Source: Dehalococcoidia bacterium (GTDB lineage: Bacteria > Chloroflexota > Dehalococcoidia > SZUA-161 > SpSt-899). From it: a stretch of 64,000 nucleotides of DNA. Made by a program: the position numbers and the translations under genes. A model generated the notes under the pieces. The model saw nothing but the letters and a program-made list of their open reading frames with translations. It did no database searches and had not been told where the DNA came from. Numbering within the stretch: the stretch's first letter is position 1; each line of letters opens with the position of its first letter. Shown here one piece after another: positions 1 to 8,920 of this stretch. The DNA is taken from positions 1,598,005 through 1,662,004 of the forward strand of contig JBGLNL010000001.1 of assembly GCA_041300025.1 (NCBI GenBank). The letters run 5' to 3'.

Positions 1-1468
1 GCTGCTCATCGACTACTGCCAATGCCAGTCGCTTGAATACCACTTTCTGCTGGATAATGGCCTGAGTTCCGATGAGAATATCCACTTCACCTTCCGACAC
101 CTTCTGCTGAAGTTCCTTTTTCCCTTTCTGGCGGATACTGCCCGTCATCAATCCCACGGTAATGGGTCGATCAAGAACGGACTCGAAGGAGCGGATGATA
201 CCTTCGCCACCGCGGTTTCCCAGCAACTGGCAGATGCCATTGAAATGCTGTTCGGCCAGTATCTCGGTGGGGGCCATCATGGCTGCCTGAGCGCCTCCGG
301 CGACGGCTGCCAGCATTGCCGCAGTGGCAACCACCGTCTTCCCGCTGCCAACATCCCCGTGGAGCAATCTGCTCATGGGTTTGTCCCCCGCGAGATCGGC
401 TTTGACCTCGCTCAAGGCTCGTTTCTGCGCCGGGGTAAGATCGAAAGGCAGGCTGGCCACAAATTTCGCCAGATAACGGGTGCCTGCACCCAGTTCGATT
501 CCTTTTGATCCTTCCTGACGTTCACGCTTTCTGGAAAGTACTCCGATCTGGATGAGGAAAAGCTCATCGAAGGCAAGCCGCCGTCTGGCAGCAAAACATG
601 AAGGCTCGTCCTGAGGGTAATGAGCCTGCCGGATTGCCTCCTGCAGCCCTGTCAGCCGGACATTCTTTCTGACTGCCTCCGGCAAAAAATCTTCCAGTTG
701 AGGAAGGTATAAATCGAGGGCCTGTTTAACCAGCCGGCGCATCTGGCGGGGGTAGAGGCCTTCCGTGAGCGGATAAACGGGAATAAACTGGCCTGAGGGG
801 AGGGCATCCTCCCGGCTGAGGATTTCGTAGGAATTCGGCTGGAATGTTCTGTTGCCCTGCCAAATGGTTGCCCTGCCGCTGATAATCAATCTGGTGTTGG
901 GAGTAAATTTCTGCAGCAGGTAAGGCTGGTTGAAAAAGGGAATTTTCATCGTGGCGGTATCGTCACCGACGATCACCTCGATAATATCCATTCGACGGGC
1001 TCGTTTCTTTGTTGCCTGCCACACCTTAACCACGATGGTTTGTTCAACTTCGGGTTCCAGTTTGGCGATGGGAGTGGGCGAACTGTAATCTATGTGGCGT
1101 CTGGGGAAAAAATAAAGAAGATCCCGAACGGTGGCTACGCCCAGCTTTTCGAACTTGAGGAGCAATTTAGCGCTTATTCCCTTAAGCACGGTGACGGGAG
1201 AATCGAGTGAAGCCGGAGTCGTCACGCTCTTTTTGGGGCTGACGGATTTTTGAGCAACATTCGGGACAATGCCCAATATGGAATCGATCCACTTTTCGCG
1301 CTCTGCCGGGGTCAATTCACGGTAACTCGGATAGGGCAGGCGAATCCTTTCGGGGTATTCCTTATAGAACCGGGTCAGGAACTTATCGAGGCCGCCGCTC
1401 ACCGCTTTGTCATCAAAGCCTCTGGATCGCTCAAATTTCAGGATTTTCTGAAGCTGTTCGAAATCCAA
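1..1468 (-). CDS. recG: ATP-dependent DNA helicase RecG; the 3' end runs off the left edge of the window
   Basis: Manual reverse translation gives LHGDVGSGKTVVATAAMLAAVAGGAQAAMMAPTEILAEQH (Walker A and helicase motifs I/Ia). It also gives the wedge-domain N-terminus LKGISAKLLLKFEKLGVATVRDLLYFFPRRH. The gene is absent from the ORF track because it has no stop in the window. The frame stays open upstream of GTG 1225 to at least TTG 1468, so the start is uncertain (1225 or 1468). Confidence 0.85.
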   Translation of the reverse strand, partial: MDFEQLQKILKFERSRGFDDKAVSGGLDKFLTRFYKEYPERIRLPYPSYRELTPAEREKWIDSILGIVPNVAQKSVSPKKSVTTPASLDSPVTVLKGISAKLLLKFEKLGVATVRDLLYFFPRRHIDYSSPTPIAKLEPEVEQTIVVKVWQATKKRARRMDIIEVIVGDDTATMKIPFFNQPYLLQKFTPNTRLIISGRATIWQGNRTFQPNSYEILSREDALPSGQFIPVYPLTEGLYPRQMRRLVKQALDLYLPQLEDFLPEAVRKNVRLTGLQEAIRQAHYPQDEPSCFAARRRLAFDELFLIQIGVLSRKRERQEGSKGIELGAGTRYLAKFVASLPFDLTPAQKRALSEVKADLAGDKPMSRLLHGDVGSGKTVVATAAMLAAVAGGAQAAMMAPTEILAEQHFNGICQLLGNRGGEGIIRSFESVLDRPITVGLMTGSIRQKGKKELQQKVSEGEVDILIGTQAIIQQKVVFKRLALAVVDEQ

Positions 1469-1491
1469 TTTTCCCGCTTCGGGTCCGGCGA

Positions 1492-2343
1492 TCAGGAGAA
1501 TCGGGAATTTTTTTCGATGATCCCTATAGCGATTGCCCCGGGCCCCAGATATGTTCCGATCACCGGGCCGATTCTGGACTGGTATATTTTTTCTTTGTCA
1601 AATACGGGTGACATCCTCTCGGTGAAGGCGGCAGCTTCTTCGGGAATCGTACTGTGCAGGATAGTCATCTCTTCGATGCCGGAAAACTCCTGCACCATTT
1701 CAAAAAGCCGGGCTAATGCCTTCTTCTGAGTTCGGGCTTTACCTTTCGGCTGCACCTCTCCCTCTCCCGTACCTATGAGTGGCTTGATGCTCAGCAGCGT
1801 GCCCATGAGTGCCTGAGCCTTGCCGATGCGTCCGCCCTTGTGCAGGTATTCCAGCGTATTGACCATGCCGAAGAAATGGGTGCGCGGAATAATTTCACGC
1901 GTTATCCTGAGAGCTTCTTCGAGGTTTGCCCCATTCTGAGCTGCCCTTGCTGCCTTGATTACGATAAGTCCCAGCCCCATCGAGGCCTGAAGGGAATCGA
2001 CTATTTCGATCCGGCAATTAGAATTCATCGCGTCTCGAGCCAGCAGGGCTGAACTGAGGGTACCGCTGAGTTTGGGAGAGATGTGAATGGAAATAATCTC
2101 ATCCGTCTGTTTGCTCAGCAAGTTATAAACTTCGGCAAAAGCGGCGGGGGTGGGCTGGGAAGTGGTGGGAAGGGACTTGCTGTCAGCCAGTTTCCGGTAG
2201 AATTCATCGGCTTTCAGGTCCACCCCGTCAAGATAAGTATCTCTGCCAAAATTTACGCTCAGGGGAACAACGGTTATTCCCAGTGATTGTACTATCGATT
2301 CGGGCAGATCGGCGGTACTGTCGGTCACTACTTTTACCGTCAA
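1492..2343 (-). CDS. DegV family fatty-acid-binding protein
   Basis: 283-aa ORF. The N-terminus VKVVTDSTADLPESIVQSLGITVVPLSVNFGRDTYLDGVDL and TSQPTPAAFAEVY are typical of the DegV family. Confidence 0.85.
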   Translation of the reverse strand: MTVKVVTDSTADLPESIVQSLGITVVPLSVNFGRDTYLDGVDLKADEFYRKLADSKSLPTTSQPTPAAFAEVYNLLSKQTDEIISIHISPKLSGTLSSALLARDAMNSNCRIEIVDSLQASMGLGLIVIKAARAAQNGANLEEALRITREIIPRTHFFGMVNTLEYLHKGGRIGKAQALMGTLLSIKPLIGTGEGEVQPKGKARTQKKALARLFEMVQEFSGIEEMTILHSTIPEEAAAFTERMSPVFDKEKIYQSRIGPVIGTYLGPGAIAIGIIEKNSRFS

Positions 2344-2735
2344 AAAATGCTCCCCTCACTCTGCGGGGAATTCGAATCCCTGTTTACATCTTGAAAGTGC
2401 TTAACAATTTTTCGGTTTTTTCAGCTTCGTTGATGAGCGAACTGCAAGTATGGATCGTTAACAATGGCGGCCAGTCGTCTGGTTTGGGAGTAGTAATACC
2501 GAAGTAATACTTGGTACTGAAAATCCTTCTAATGGGGTATGGAAGCACATTTGATCTGCTGTTATTCTTTAAATGAATGGAAAGGATTTGGTTCCCTGAT
2601 AACCCGAGGGGCAGAGATCCATGCTTTATCGGCCAGCGACAAGGCTTATGATATCAATCAACAGGTGGCTTCTCATGAACACACTTGGAGAAATCGGTTT
2701 GAGGAATCAGCCCGCATGGAAATGAAGGAGGATCG

Positions 2736-4097
2736 ATGGTTTCGAAATTAAAAAACCAGCTTATTGAGATCGTCGGAGAGCGATGGCTTACCGACGATCC
2801 CTGGGAACTGTGCGGCTATGCCCGGGCCTGGAGCTACGAGCCTCATCGACGCCCGGAAATCGTGGTTACTCCGGCAACTACTCAGGAAGTCTCGGAGATC
2901 ATGAAACTGGCCAACGAGACACTCACACCGGTGAATGTCCGCGCCGGCGGTACTACCAATACGGGGGCATCCATCCCGCGCGAAGGCGGTATCACCCTGG
3001 ACCTGAATCGGATGAATGCCCCTATCGAGATGGATGAGGATTCGCAGACCTTCACGGCGCAGGGCGGTGTAACGGTCTACAAGATCATCAAAGACCTTTA
3101 CCGTGGGGGTTGGAAGATCCCATGGAGGCCCGAGTTCGGTAACGCCGTCACCCTTGCTGCGTGGGTAAATTTCAATGGTATGGGTGTGGGCGCTTCGGTC
3201 TACGGCCGGGTAGCCGATTTTGTAGTCGGCCTCGAAGTGGTTCTTCCCACCGGAGAGATCGTGCGGACCGGTTCTTCAAGTTTCGGCAAAGCAGCTAAGT
3301 TCACCCGATATCAGGGGACCGGGCCAGACCTGACCGGCCTTTTCATCGAGTCGCTGGGTACTATGGGTGTCATCACTGAGGTCTACATGCGAATGTACCG
3401 CATCCCGGAAGCTCAGGCTCAGGTCGACTTCGCTTTCGAAGATGAGGACACCATCCAGGAAGCTATCAAAAGGCTTGTCGAGGCTAATATTTCTTACGCT
3501 ATTTGCGTGACAGATGAGCAGATGAGCATCACCAATCGGCTTCCGCCACCCCCGGGCAAATGGGTTCTTTCCCTGCTCGCCGAAGGATGGCAGGAAGAAG
3601 TGGATTTCAGAATCCGGAAGGCTAAAGAAATCGTGGCAGCATGCGGCGGCAGGGAGTTTCCGCCGGGCGCCCGGGCTGCCGAGTGGGGTTCAGCAGCTTC
3701 TATATCTTTGCCGTATGAGCCCTCTCGAAGGCAAGTATCCTGCGGTGGCTTCCATCCCATTCAGGCTACGAGGGATATCTTCAACGCCTACAACGAGGTG
3801 GGCGAGAAGTACGGGCTCAGGAGGGGAATGGGCTGGTGGGTCTGTGCGAACTACTGCAATCAATTCCCCATTTACGTCTATGACGAAGAAACAGATACGG
3901 ACACGATCTTCAAAATGGTTGGGGAAGTCCATGGGCGCTGGATTGAGGCAGGTTATGTTCCTGACTACCCCGGCCCGTTCCCAAACATGACTCCCCACAT
4001 TGCCCGGCCTTACTTGGAACTCTACCGCCGGGTGAAAAAGATGATCGATCCAAATAATATTATGCACCGTGGCATGAAGCCGGATGTGGCAGACTAA
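2736..4097 (+). CDS. FAD-binding oxidoreductase (GlcD / D-lactate dehydrogenase-like)
   Basis: 453-aa ORF. It carries a PCMH-type FAD-binding N-domain pattern (VVTPATTQEVSEIMKLANETLTPVNVRAGGTTNTG ... ITLDLNRMN). It is followed directly by an Fe-S CCG-domain partner. Confidence 0.8.
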   Translation: MVSKLKNQLIEIVGERWLTDDPWELCGYARAWSYEPHRRPEIVVTPATTQEVSEIMKLANETLTPVNVRAGGTTNTGASIPREGGITLDLNRMNAPIEMDEDSQTFTAQGGVTVYKIIKDLYRGGWKIPWRPEFGNAVTLAAWVNFNGMGVGASVYGRVADFVVGLEVVLPTGEIVRTGSSSFGKAAKFTRYQGTGPDLTGLFIESLGTMGVITEVYMRMYRIPEAQAQVDFAFEDEDTIQEAIKRLVEANISYAICVTDEQMSITNRLPPPPGKWVLSLLAEGWQEEVDFRIRKAKEIVAACGGREFPPGARAAEWGSAASISLPYEPSRRQVSCGGFHPIQATRDIFNAYNEVGEKYGLRRGMGWWVCANYCNQFPIYVYDEETDTDTIFKMVGEVHGRWIEAGYVPDYPGPFPNMTPHIARPYLELYRRVKKMIDPNNIMHRGMKPDVAD

Positions 4098-4106
4098 GGA
4101 GGCATC

Positions 4107-5285
4107 ATGGATTACCCGAAACTCAATGAATATCATTTGAAATTATGGAATGACCAGGCCTGCGGCGTCTGCCAGCGAGGACCGTGGACGCCCTATCCGC
4201 CGCGAGGCCCGGCGCCAGATCGGCTGTGTCCCACTTGGGAACACTATCGCCGGATCTCTTACAGCGCACAGGGCTGGATTCAGGCGGGCCGGACGCTGCT
4301 GGAAGGCAAGCTGGAGATGGAGCCTCGATTTGTTGATTATGTATATGCCTGTAACCTCTGCGGTTCATGTACCAACTCCCGATGCGTAGTGGCCGGAGAT
4401 CAGGTGAATATAATCAAGGCATGGCGCGAGGATTTGGTGAATCTGGGATACGGGCCAACCGCTCCCTGGAAAAAGGATGCCGAACTGATCGAAAGAAGCG
4501 GCAACCGGTTTGGACGTAATCAGGCAGATCGGGCCAAATGGGCAGACGGGATGAATCTCCCCGGAAAAGCCGATGTTGTGTTCTTTGCCGGGTGTGTGGC
4601 CTCCTTCCGCAAGCCGGAACTGGCACAGGCAACGGCAAAGGTTCTCAAAGCCGGGGGTGTCGACTTCGCCATATTAGGCGAAAATGAATTCTGCTGCGGC
4701 AATCCGCTGGAACAATCCGGGCAAGCAAAGGCCTATGAGGAAGTTGCCAGGAGAAATGTGGCTGCTTTACAGGAAGCCGGTGCTAAAACAGTAGTAACCG
4801 CCTGTGCCTGCTGCTTCCATAATCTGGCGGTACAATATCCAAAGGTGGTTGGTAAACTGCCGTTTAAGGTGATCCATCAGGTGGAGTTGCTCTCGCAACT
4901 GGTGGCCGAAGGCAGGATTAAGCCGGTCAAAGCCCCTGCTGGAAAGATGACATACCAGGACCCCTGTCACCTGGTTCGGATGGGAGCTAAGATATACAAC
5001 GAACCGAGGTCGGTGATCCAGTCTGTTCCGGGAATGGACTATGTCGAGATGGAAGCCAGCAAGCGAGCATCCTGGTGCTGCGGACGAAATCCGGTGGAAC
5101 AGCCGGAACTGGCGATGACCACCGGGCAATACCGGATAGAGGATGCCCAGTCGGCCGGTGCTGAGACCATCCTCACGGCCTGCTCTTTCTGTAACTGGAG
5201 TTTGGGGCGGGCGGCGAAGGACATGGAGACTAATGTGAGGATTATGTCAATAGACCAGATGCTGACCGAATCGATGGGAATGTAG
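4107..5285 (+). CDS. Fe-S oxidoreductase with two cysteine-rich CCG domains (GlcF/HdrD-like)
   Basis: 392-aa ORF. Cys clusters CNLCGSC, FFAGCVASF...EFCCGNP and YQDPCHLVR...WCCG match the 4Fe-4S plus tandem CCG architecture. Confidence 0.8.
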   Translation: MDYPKLNEYHLKLWNDQACGVCQRGPWTPYPPRGPAPDRLCPTWEHYRRISYSAQGWIQAGRTLLEGKLEMEPRFVDYVYACNLCGSCTNSRCVVAGDQVNIIKAWREDLVNLGYGPTAPWKKDAELIERSGNRFGRNQADRAKWADGMNLPGKADVVFFAGCVASFRKPELAQATAKVLKAGGVDFAILGENEFCCGNPLEQSGQAKAYEEVARRNVAALQEAGAKTVVTACACCFHNLAVQYPKVVGKLPFKVIHQVELLSQLVAEGRIKPVKAPAGKMTYQDPCHLVRMGAKIYNEPRSVIQSVPGMDYVEMEASKRASWCCGRNPVEQPELAMTTGQYRIEDAQSAGAETILTACSFCNWSLGRAAKDMETNVRIMSIDQMLTESMGM

Positions 5286-5298
5286 TGACCTGTTTGTT

Positions 5299-5406
5299 TA
5301 AGGAACCTCTGATCAACCCCCTGTATCCCCCAATCATGGGGGAAGATCGAAGCTGGGGGGACACCCCCAGACCCCCGAAGTCACCACTTATTCAGAGGTT
5401 CCCTAA
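5299..5406 (+). repeat. MITE-like dispersed element, copy A (full length, reference copy)
   Basis: The termini TAAGGAACCTCTGA (5299-5312) and TCAGAGGTTCCCTAA (5392-5406) are inverted repeats. The core has G5/C5 hairpins (cccccaatcatggggg, ggggggacaccccc). Related copies occur at 8 other sites in the window. Confidence 0.8.
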
Positions 5407-5453
5407 TAAACCCTTAAACTGTTAAACTATCAACTGAAAACAAATATCTGCCC

Positions 5454-5960
5454 GTGCAGCGAATTTTCTCAAGTATATCTATCTACCAAGAGGCTTGTCA
5501 AGTAAAAAAAATAGATTCAGTAATTCAAAACTCATCCCTTCCAGTTGTGCTGTACAACAATCCTGAAATTCATCGAGGGAAAATGCTGCCACTTTCCATT
5601 GTTTCAAAATATGCGGTCCATCCCAGAATAATCGGCATCAAAGACAGTTCCGGGGATTGGGAATATTTTCTTAAGCTGCTTGAGTTGCGTTCGGAAAGCT
5701 TTTCGATATTGCAGGGGAAAGAATCATCCATTCTGCCATCGCTGCTGGCCGGTGCGAATGGAATAGTTGCCGGAACGGCTAACGTCAACCCCGGGCTTTT
5801 TGCGAAAATTCTGTCTCATCAAGATGAGGAAACGATGCGCCAGATCACGGAGTTAAAGGATGAACTGAAGGAACTTGCCGAGAAACCGATTCCGGCACTT
5901 AAGCAAAAACTGGTCCATCTCGGAGTCATCAATTCTGCAGAGATTCTGGTTAAGCTATAG
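5454..5960 (+). pseudogene. 5'-truncated dihydrodipicolinate synthase / N-acetylneuraminate lyase family gene (C-terminal ~170 aa only)
   Basis: LPVVLYNNPEIHRGKMLPL...IIGIKDSSGDWEYF...GANGIVAGTANVNP matches the C-terminal two thirds of DapA-family aldolases. About 100-120 N-terminal residues are missing. The segment is AT-rich and lies directly after MITE copy A. Confidence 0.6.
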
Positions 5961-7238
5961 GGATTGATAAATAATTTTCCCCGCCAAAACCGTGGCAAAT
6001 ATCTTTCCCCGAAGAGTTTCCCCTGCCAGCGGTGTGTTCCTGCCTTTGGAAGCGAATTTTTGGGGATCAACAATCCACTCAGCATGGGGATCAAAAACAG
6101 TGATATCCGCTTCTGATCCAGCCCTCATATTGCCGATTTCAGCAATTCCCAGTATTCGTGCCGGTTCAGCCGTCAATTTAGAAATCAGAGTCGGCAGAGC
6201 GATTTCACCCCGGTGAACGAGACCCATCAAACTGCCCAGTGCTGTCTCAAATCCGCTGATCCCAAAGGCCGCTCGTTCGAAATGGCAATCCTTATCCGCT
6301 TGCGTATGGGGGGCATGATCCGTAGCTATAATATCGATAGTCCCGTCGTTCAGGCCTTCAACCAGAGCTTCCCTGTCCTGCTCTGTACGCAAAGGAGGAT
6401 TCACCTTGGCGGCTGTACCGACGGTAGCCACCATTTCCTCAGTCAAAGTGAGATGATGAGGTGTTGCCTCGGCTGTTACCCTGACTCCCTGCCGCTTGCC
6501 CTGCCTGATCAAATCCACGGAAACGGCAGTGCTCGCATGCGCGATATGAATCCAGCCACCGGTCTTCTTTGCCAGTTCGATATCCCGTTCGACCATGCAC
6601 TCCTCGGCAACAGGCGATATCCCCTTGAAACCAAGCCAAACTGATAAGCTACCTTCGTTCATGGAGCCACCCTGCGAAAGCCCGGTATCTTCACAATGAT
6701 CGATGATAGGAACATTCAGCAACCTGCTATAATCAAGGGCCAAGCTCATTATTTTGGCCTCGAAGACAGGGCTGCCGTCATCGCTGAAAGCCACCGCTCC
6801 AGCTTTATGTAAAGTTGTTAAGTCGGCCAATCGCGCACCTTTTCGACCCTCAGTAATCGCTCCAATCGGCAGAACGCGAACGGCACCCTCTCGTTCGGCT
6901 ATATTCAGAATTTGCCTGACCATTTCGGGGGTTGCAATCGGAGGCTCCGTGTTCGGCATGCAGCAAACGGTAGTAAACCCGCCTCTGGCCGCTGCCGCTG
7001 TTCCGGTGGCAATAGTTTCCTTTTCCTCAAATCCCGGCTCGCGGAGATGGCAATGCAAATCAACAAAACCCGGACACACGACCATGCCCGCAGCATCCAG
7101 CACCGGGCAGCCTTCAGGAAGCGCAGTTATCGAATCTCCGATTTGAGCAATCTTGCCATCAGCGACCAGAACATCGCCAAACCGATCAATCCCTTGTGAA
7201 GAATCGATTATCCGCCCGTTTTTAATCAGCAAGTTCAT
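5955..7238 (-). CDS. pyrC: dihydroorotase
   Basis: 427-aa ORF with FVDLHCHLREPGFEEKETIATGTAAAARGGFTTVCCMPNTEPP and ATDHAPH motifs of the amidohydrolase/dihydroorotase family. Confidence 0.85.
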   Translation of the reverse strand: MNLLIKNGRIIDSSQGIDRFGDVLVADGKIAQIGDSITALPEGCPVLDAAGMVVCPGFVDLHCHLREPGFEEKETIATGTAAAARGGFTTVCCMPNTEPPIATPEMVRQILNIAEREGAVRVLPIGAITEGRKGARLADLTTLHKAGAVAFSDDGSPVFEAKIMSLALDYSRLLNVPIIDHCEDTGLSQGGSMNEGSLSVWLGFKGISPVAEECMVERDIELAKKTGGWIHIAHASTAVSVDLIRQGKRQGVRVTAEATPHHLTLTEEMVATVGTAAKVNPPLRTEQDREALVEGLNDGTIDIIATDHAPHTQADKDCHFERAAFGISGFETALGSLMGLVHRGEIALPTLISKLTAEPARILGIAEIGNMRAGSEADITVFDPHAEWIVDPQKFASKGRNTPLAGETLRGKIFATVLAGKIIYQSL

Positions 7239-7340
7239 TCCTGCAACCTATCAAGCTTGCGGTGATTATAACATGCCGACCAGTCGTTCCGAAAGTTGGA
7301 CAAATTGATAGTCTTTCTGTTACTATTAAACGTCGACTGC

Positions 7341-7369
7341 TTGACATTCTCATCTGGGAATGATTAAAT
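7341..7369 (+). promoter_or_regulatory. candidate sigma70-type promoter upstream of rpsL
   Basis: TTGACA (7341-7346), a 17-nt spacer, then TTAAAT (7364-7369), about 50 nt upstream of the rpsL start. Confidence 0.35.
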
Positions 7370-7418
7370 CTGATATTGTTGAGTTCACAACTATACTATT
7401 AAGAAAGGGGCGAAAGTA

Positions 7419-7838
7419 TTGCCAACAGTTAACCAGCTAGTAAAAAAGGGCCGGAAGAGCGTGAGCAAGCATACCAAGAGTCCGGCGCTGCAGTATTCAT
7501 ACAGCTCGCTCACGGGGAGAACCAGACGAGATACGAGAGGATCGCCGCAACGGCGGGGTGTGTGCCTGCAGGTCAAGACGATACCGCCTAAAAAACCCAA
7601 TTCGGCATTGCGTAAGGTGGCCAGGGTTCGGCTAACAAACGGGATAGAAATTACGGCATACATCCCGGGCGAGGGGCACAACCTTCAGGAACACTCGGTG
7701 GTTCTGGTGCGCGGCGGACGAGTACCGGATCTGCCCGGTATCCGCTATCACATTATCAGGGGTGCTTTAGATACTGAAGGAGTAGCTGGTCGGCAGACCA
7801 GCCGCAGCAAGTACGGAGCCAAGCGACCCAAAAAATAG
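7419..7838 (+). CDS. rpsL: 30S ribosomal protein S12
   Basis: [12 protein letters not shown]...[37 protein letters not shown]; TTG start. Confidence 0.95.
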   Translation: MPTVNQLVKKGRKSVSKHTKSPALQYSYSSLTGRTRRDTRGSPQRRGVCLQVKTIPPKKPNSALRKVARVRLTNGIEITAYIPGEGHNLQEHSVVLVRGGRVPDLPGIRYHIIRGALDTEGVAGRQTSRSKYGAKRPKK

Positions 7839-7876
7839 CCCTTTCCTTTGCCACGGAAGAGAAATCTTAAACGAGG

Positions 7877-7912
7877 AGCTTCCGTCATCACTGACATGAT
7901 GGAAGCTTTTTC
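7877..7912 (+). terminator. hairpin plus T-run between rpsL and rpsG (terminator/attenuator-like)
   Basis: agcttcc (7877-7883) pairs with ggaagct (7901-7907), with inner tcat/atga pairing, followed by ttttt. Confidence 0.3.
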
Positions 7913-7934
7913 GATGCAATAAGGGGTGCCAAAA

Positions 7935-8405
7935 ATGCCAAGAAGAGGAAAAATTACCAAACGTGTGATACTTCCCGACGTGAAGTACAACAGCGAAAAG
8001 CTGGCCAAATTCATCAATAAGGTCATGCTCGCCGGCAAGAAAAGCACAGCCGAGCGAATAGTGTACGATATGATGGATAAAGTGGGAGAGCAAACCAAAC
8101 GGGACCCGATGGAAGTAATTGAGGAAGCATTCCAGAACACCACGCCTCTTATGGCTGTCAAGCCGCGCCGAATCGGGGGAGCCACTTATCAGGTTCCTAC
8201 GGAAGTGTCCCCGGCCACCGGTTTAGCTTTATCAATGAGATGGATCATAGGCACTGCCAGGGCCCGAAAAGGCAAGCCTATGGCAGAGAAACTGGCACAA
8301 GAAATAATAGATGCTTCTAAAAACGAAGGGGCCACCGTCAAGAAACGCATCGAGACTCACAAGATGGCCGAAGCAAACAGGGCATTTGCACATTACAGAT
8401 GGTAA
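7935..8405 (+). CDS. rpsG: 30S ribosomal protein S7
   Basis: [44 protein letters not shown]. The ATG at 7935 is preferred over the track GTG at 7926. Confidence 0.95.
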   Translation: MPRRGKITKRVILPDVKYNSEKLAKFINKVMLAGKKSTAERIVYDMMDKVGEQTKRDPMEVIEEAFQNTTPLMAVKPRRIGGATYQVPTEVSPATGLALSMRWIIGTARARKGKPMAEKLAQEIIDASKNEGATVKKRIETHKMAEANRAFAHYRW

Positions 8406-8412
8406 TTCAGGC

Positions 8413-8631
8413 ATGGTAAAAGCACAGACTGAGACAAAAATGATGTCGCGCGATATCCGGTTGGAACGAATACGCAATATCGGGGTCATAGCCCATATCG
8501 ATGCAGGGAAAACCACCGTCACCGAAATGATCTTGCATCATAGCGGACGCACCTACAAAATCGGGCGGGTTGACGATGGAACGGCCGAGATGGACTGGAT
8601 GGACCAGGAGCGAGAACGCGGCATTACCATT
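8413..8631 (+). pseudogene. fusA: elongation factor G, 5' fragment only (about 70 codons)
   Basis: [54 protein letters not shown], then homology stops abruptly at 8631 (the ORF continues GPPPC-stop). Confidence 0.85.
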
Positions 8632-8791
8632 GGCCCACCCCCGTGCTGAGCAGGATCATCACCAGCATGCCCGAAATGTGTCCCCAGTAAGGCCTGGCGT
8701 AGTTGAGTACGCGCAGAAGCAGTTCTTTGGTTACCTTGGGCTGATCATCGCCCGAACGCATGTAAGCATGCAAGCCGCTGCCGTGGAACAT
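8632..8791 (-). pseudogene. ABC exporter (MsbA-like permease/ATPase), N-terminal fragment only
   Basis: Manual reverse translation gives [53 protein letters not shown]. This is typical of the start of ABC exporter TMDs. It is cut off exactly where the fusA fragment ends. Confidence 0.5.
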
Positions 8792-8920
8792 GGTTTCTTC
8801 TCCAGTCTAAAAATTTTGAGTCTGATTAGGTATCGAACCACGCAACTATAAAACCATCCGGTCAAATGCGCAACTGGATGAAAAGGGAGAATGATGAATT
8901 CCTGAATGTGTGGTGTTTGA

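Noticed and set aside
245-594. Track ORFs 245..508 (+) and 412..594 (-)
   Set aside because: They overlap the recG helicase core. The recG reading frame gives clear Walker A and helicase motifs, and these ORFs have no features.
1225-1468. A separate small gene between degV and recG
   Set aside because: The 240 nt are in frame with recG with no intervening stop and no ATG. I treat this as a possible N-terminal extension of RecG with an alternative (TTG) start rather than as a separate gene.
5320-5380. G5/C5-rich repeats as a possible CRISPR array or as G-quadruplex tracts
   Set aside because: Copies are dispersed kilobases apart. They are not arranged as regularly spaced direct repeats with spacers, and no cas genes are present. 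The G runs are paired with C runs as hairpins rather than forming four G-tracts on one strand.
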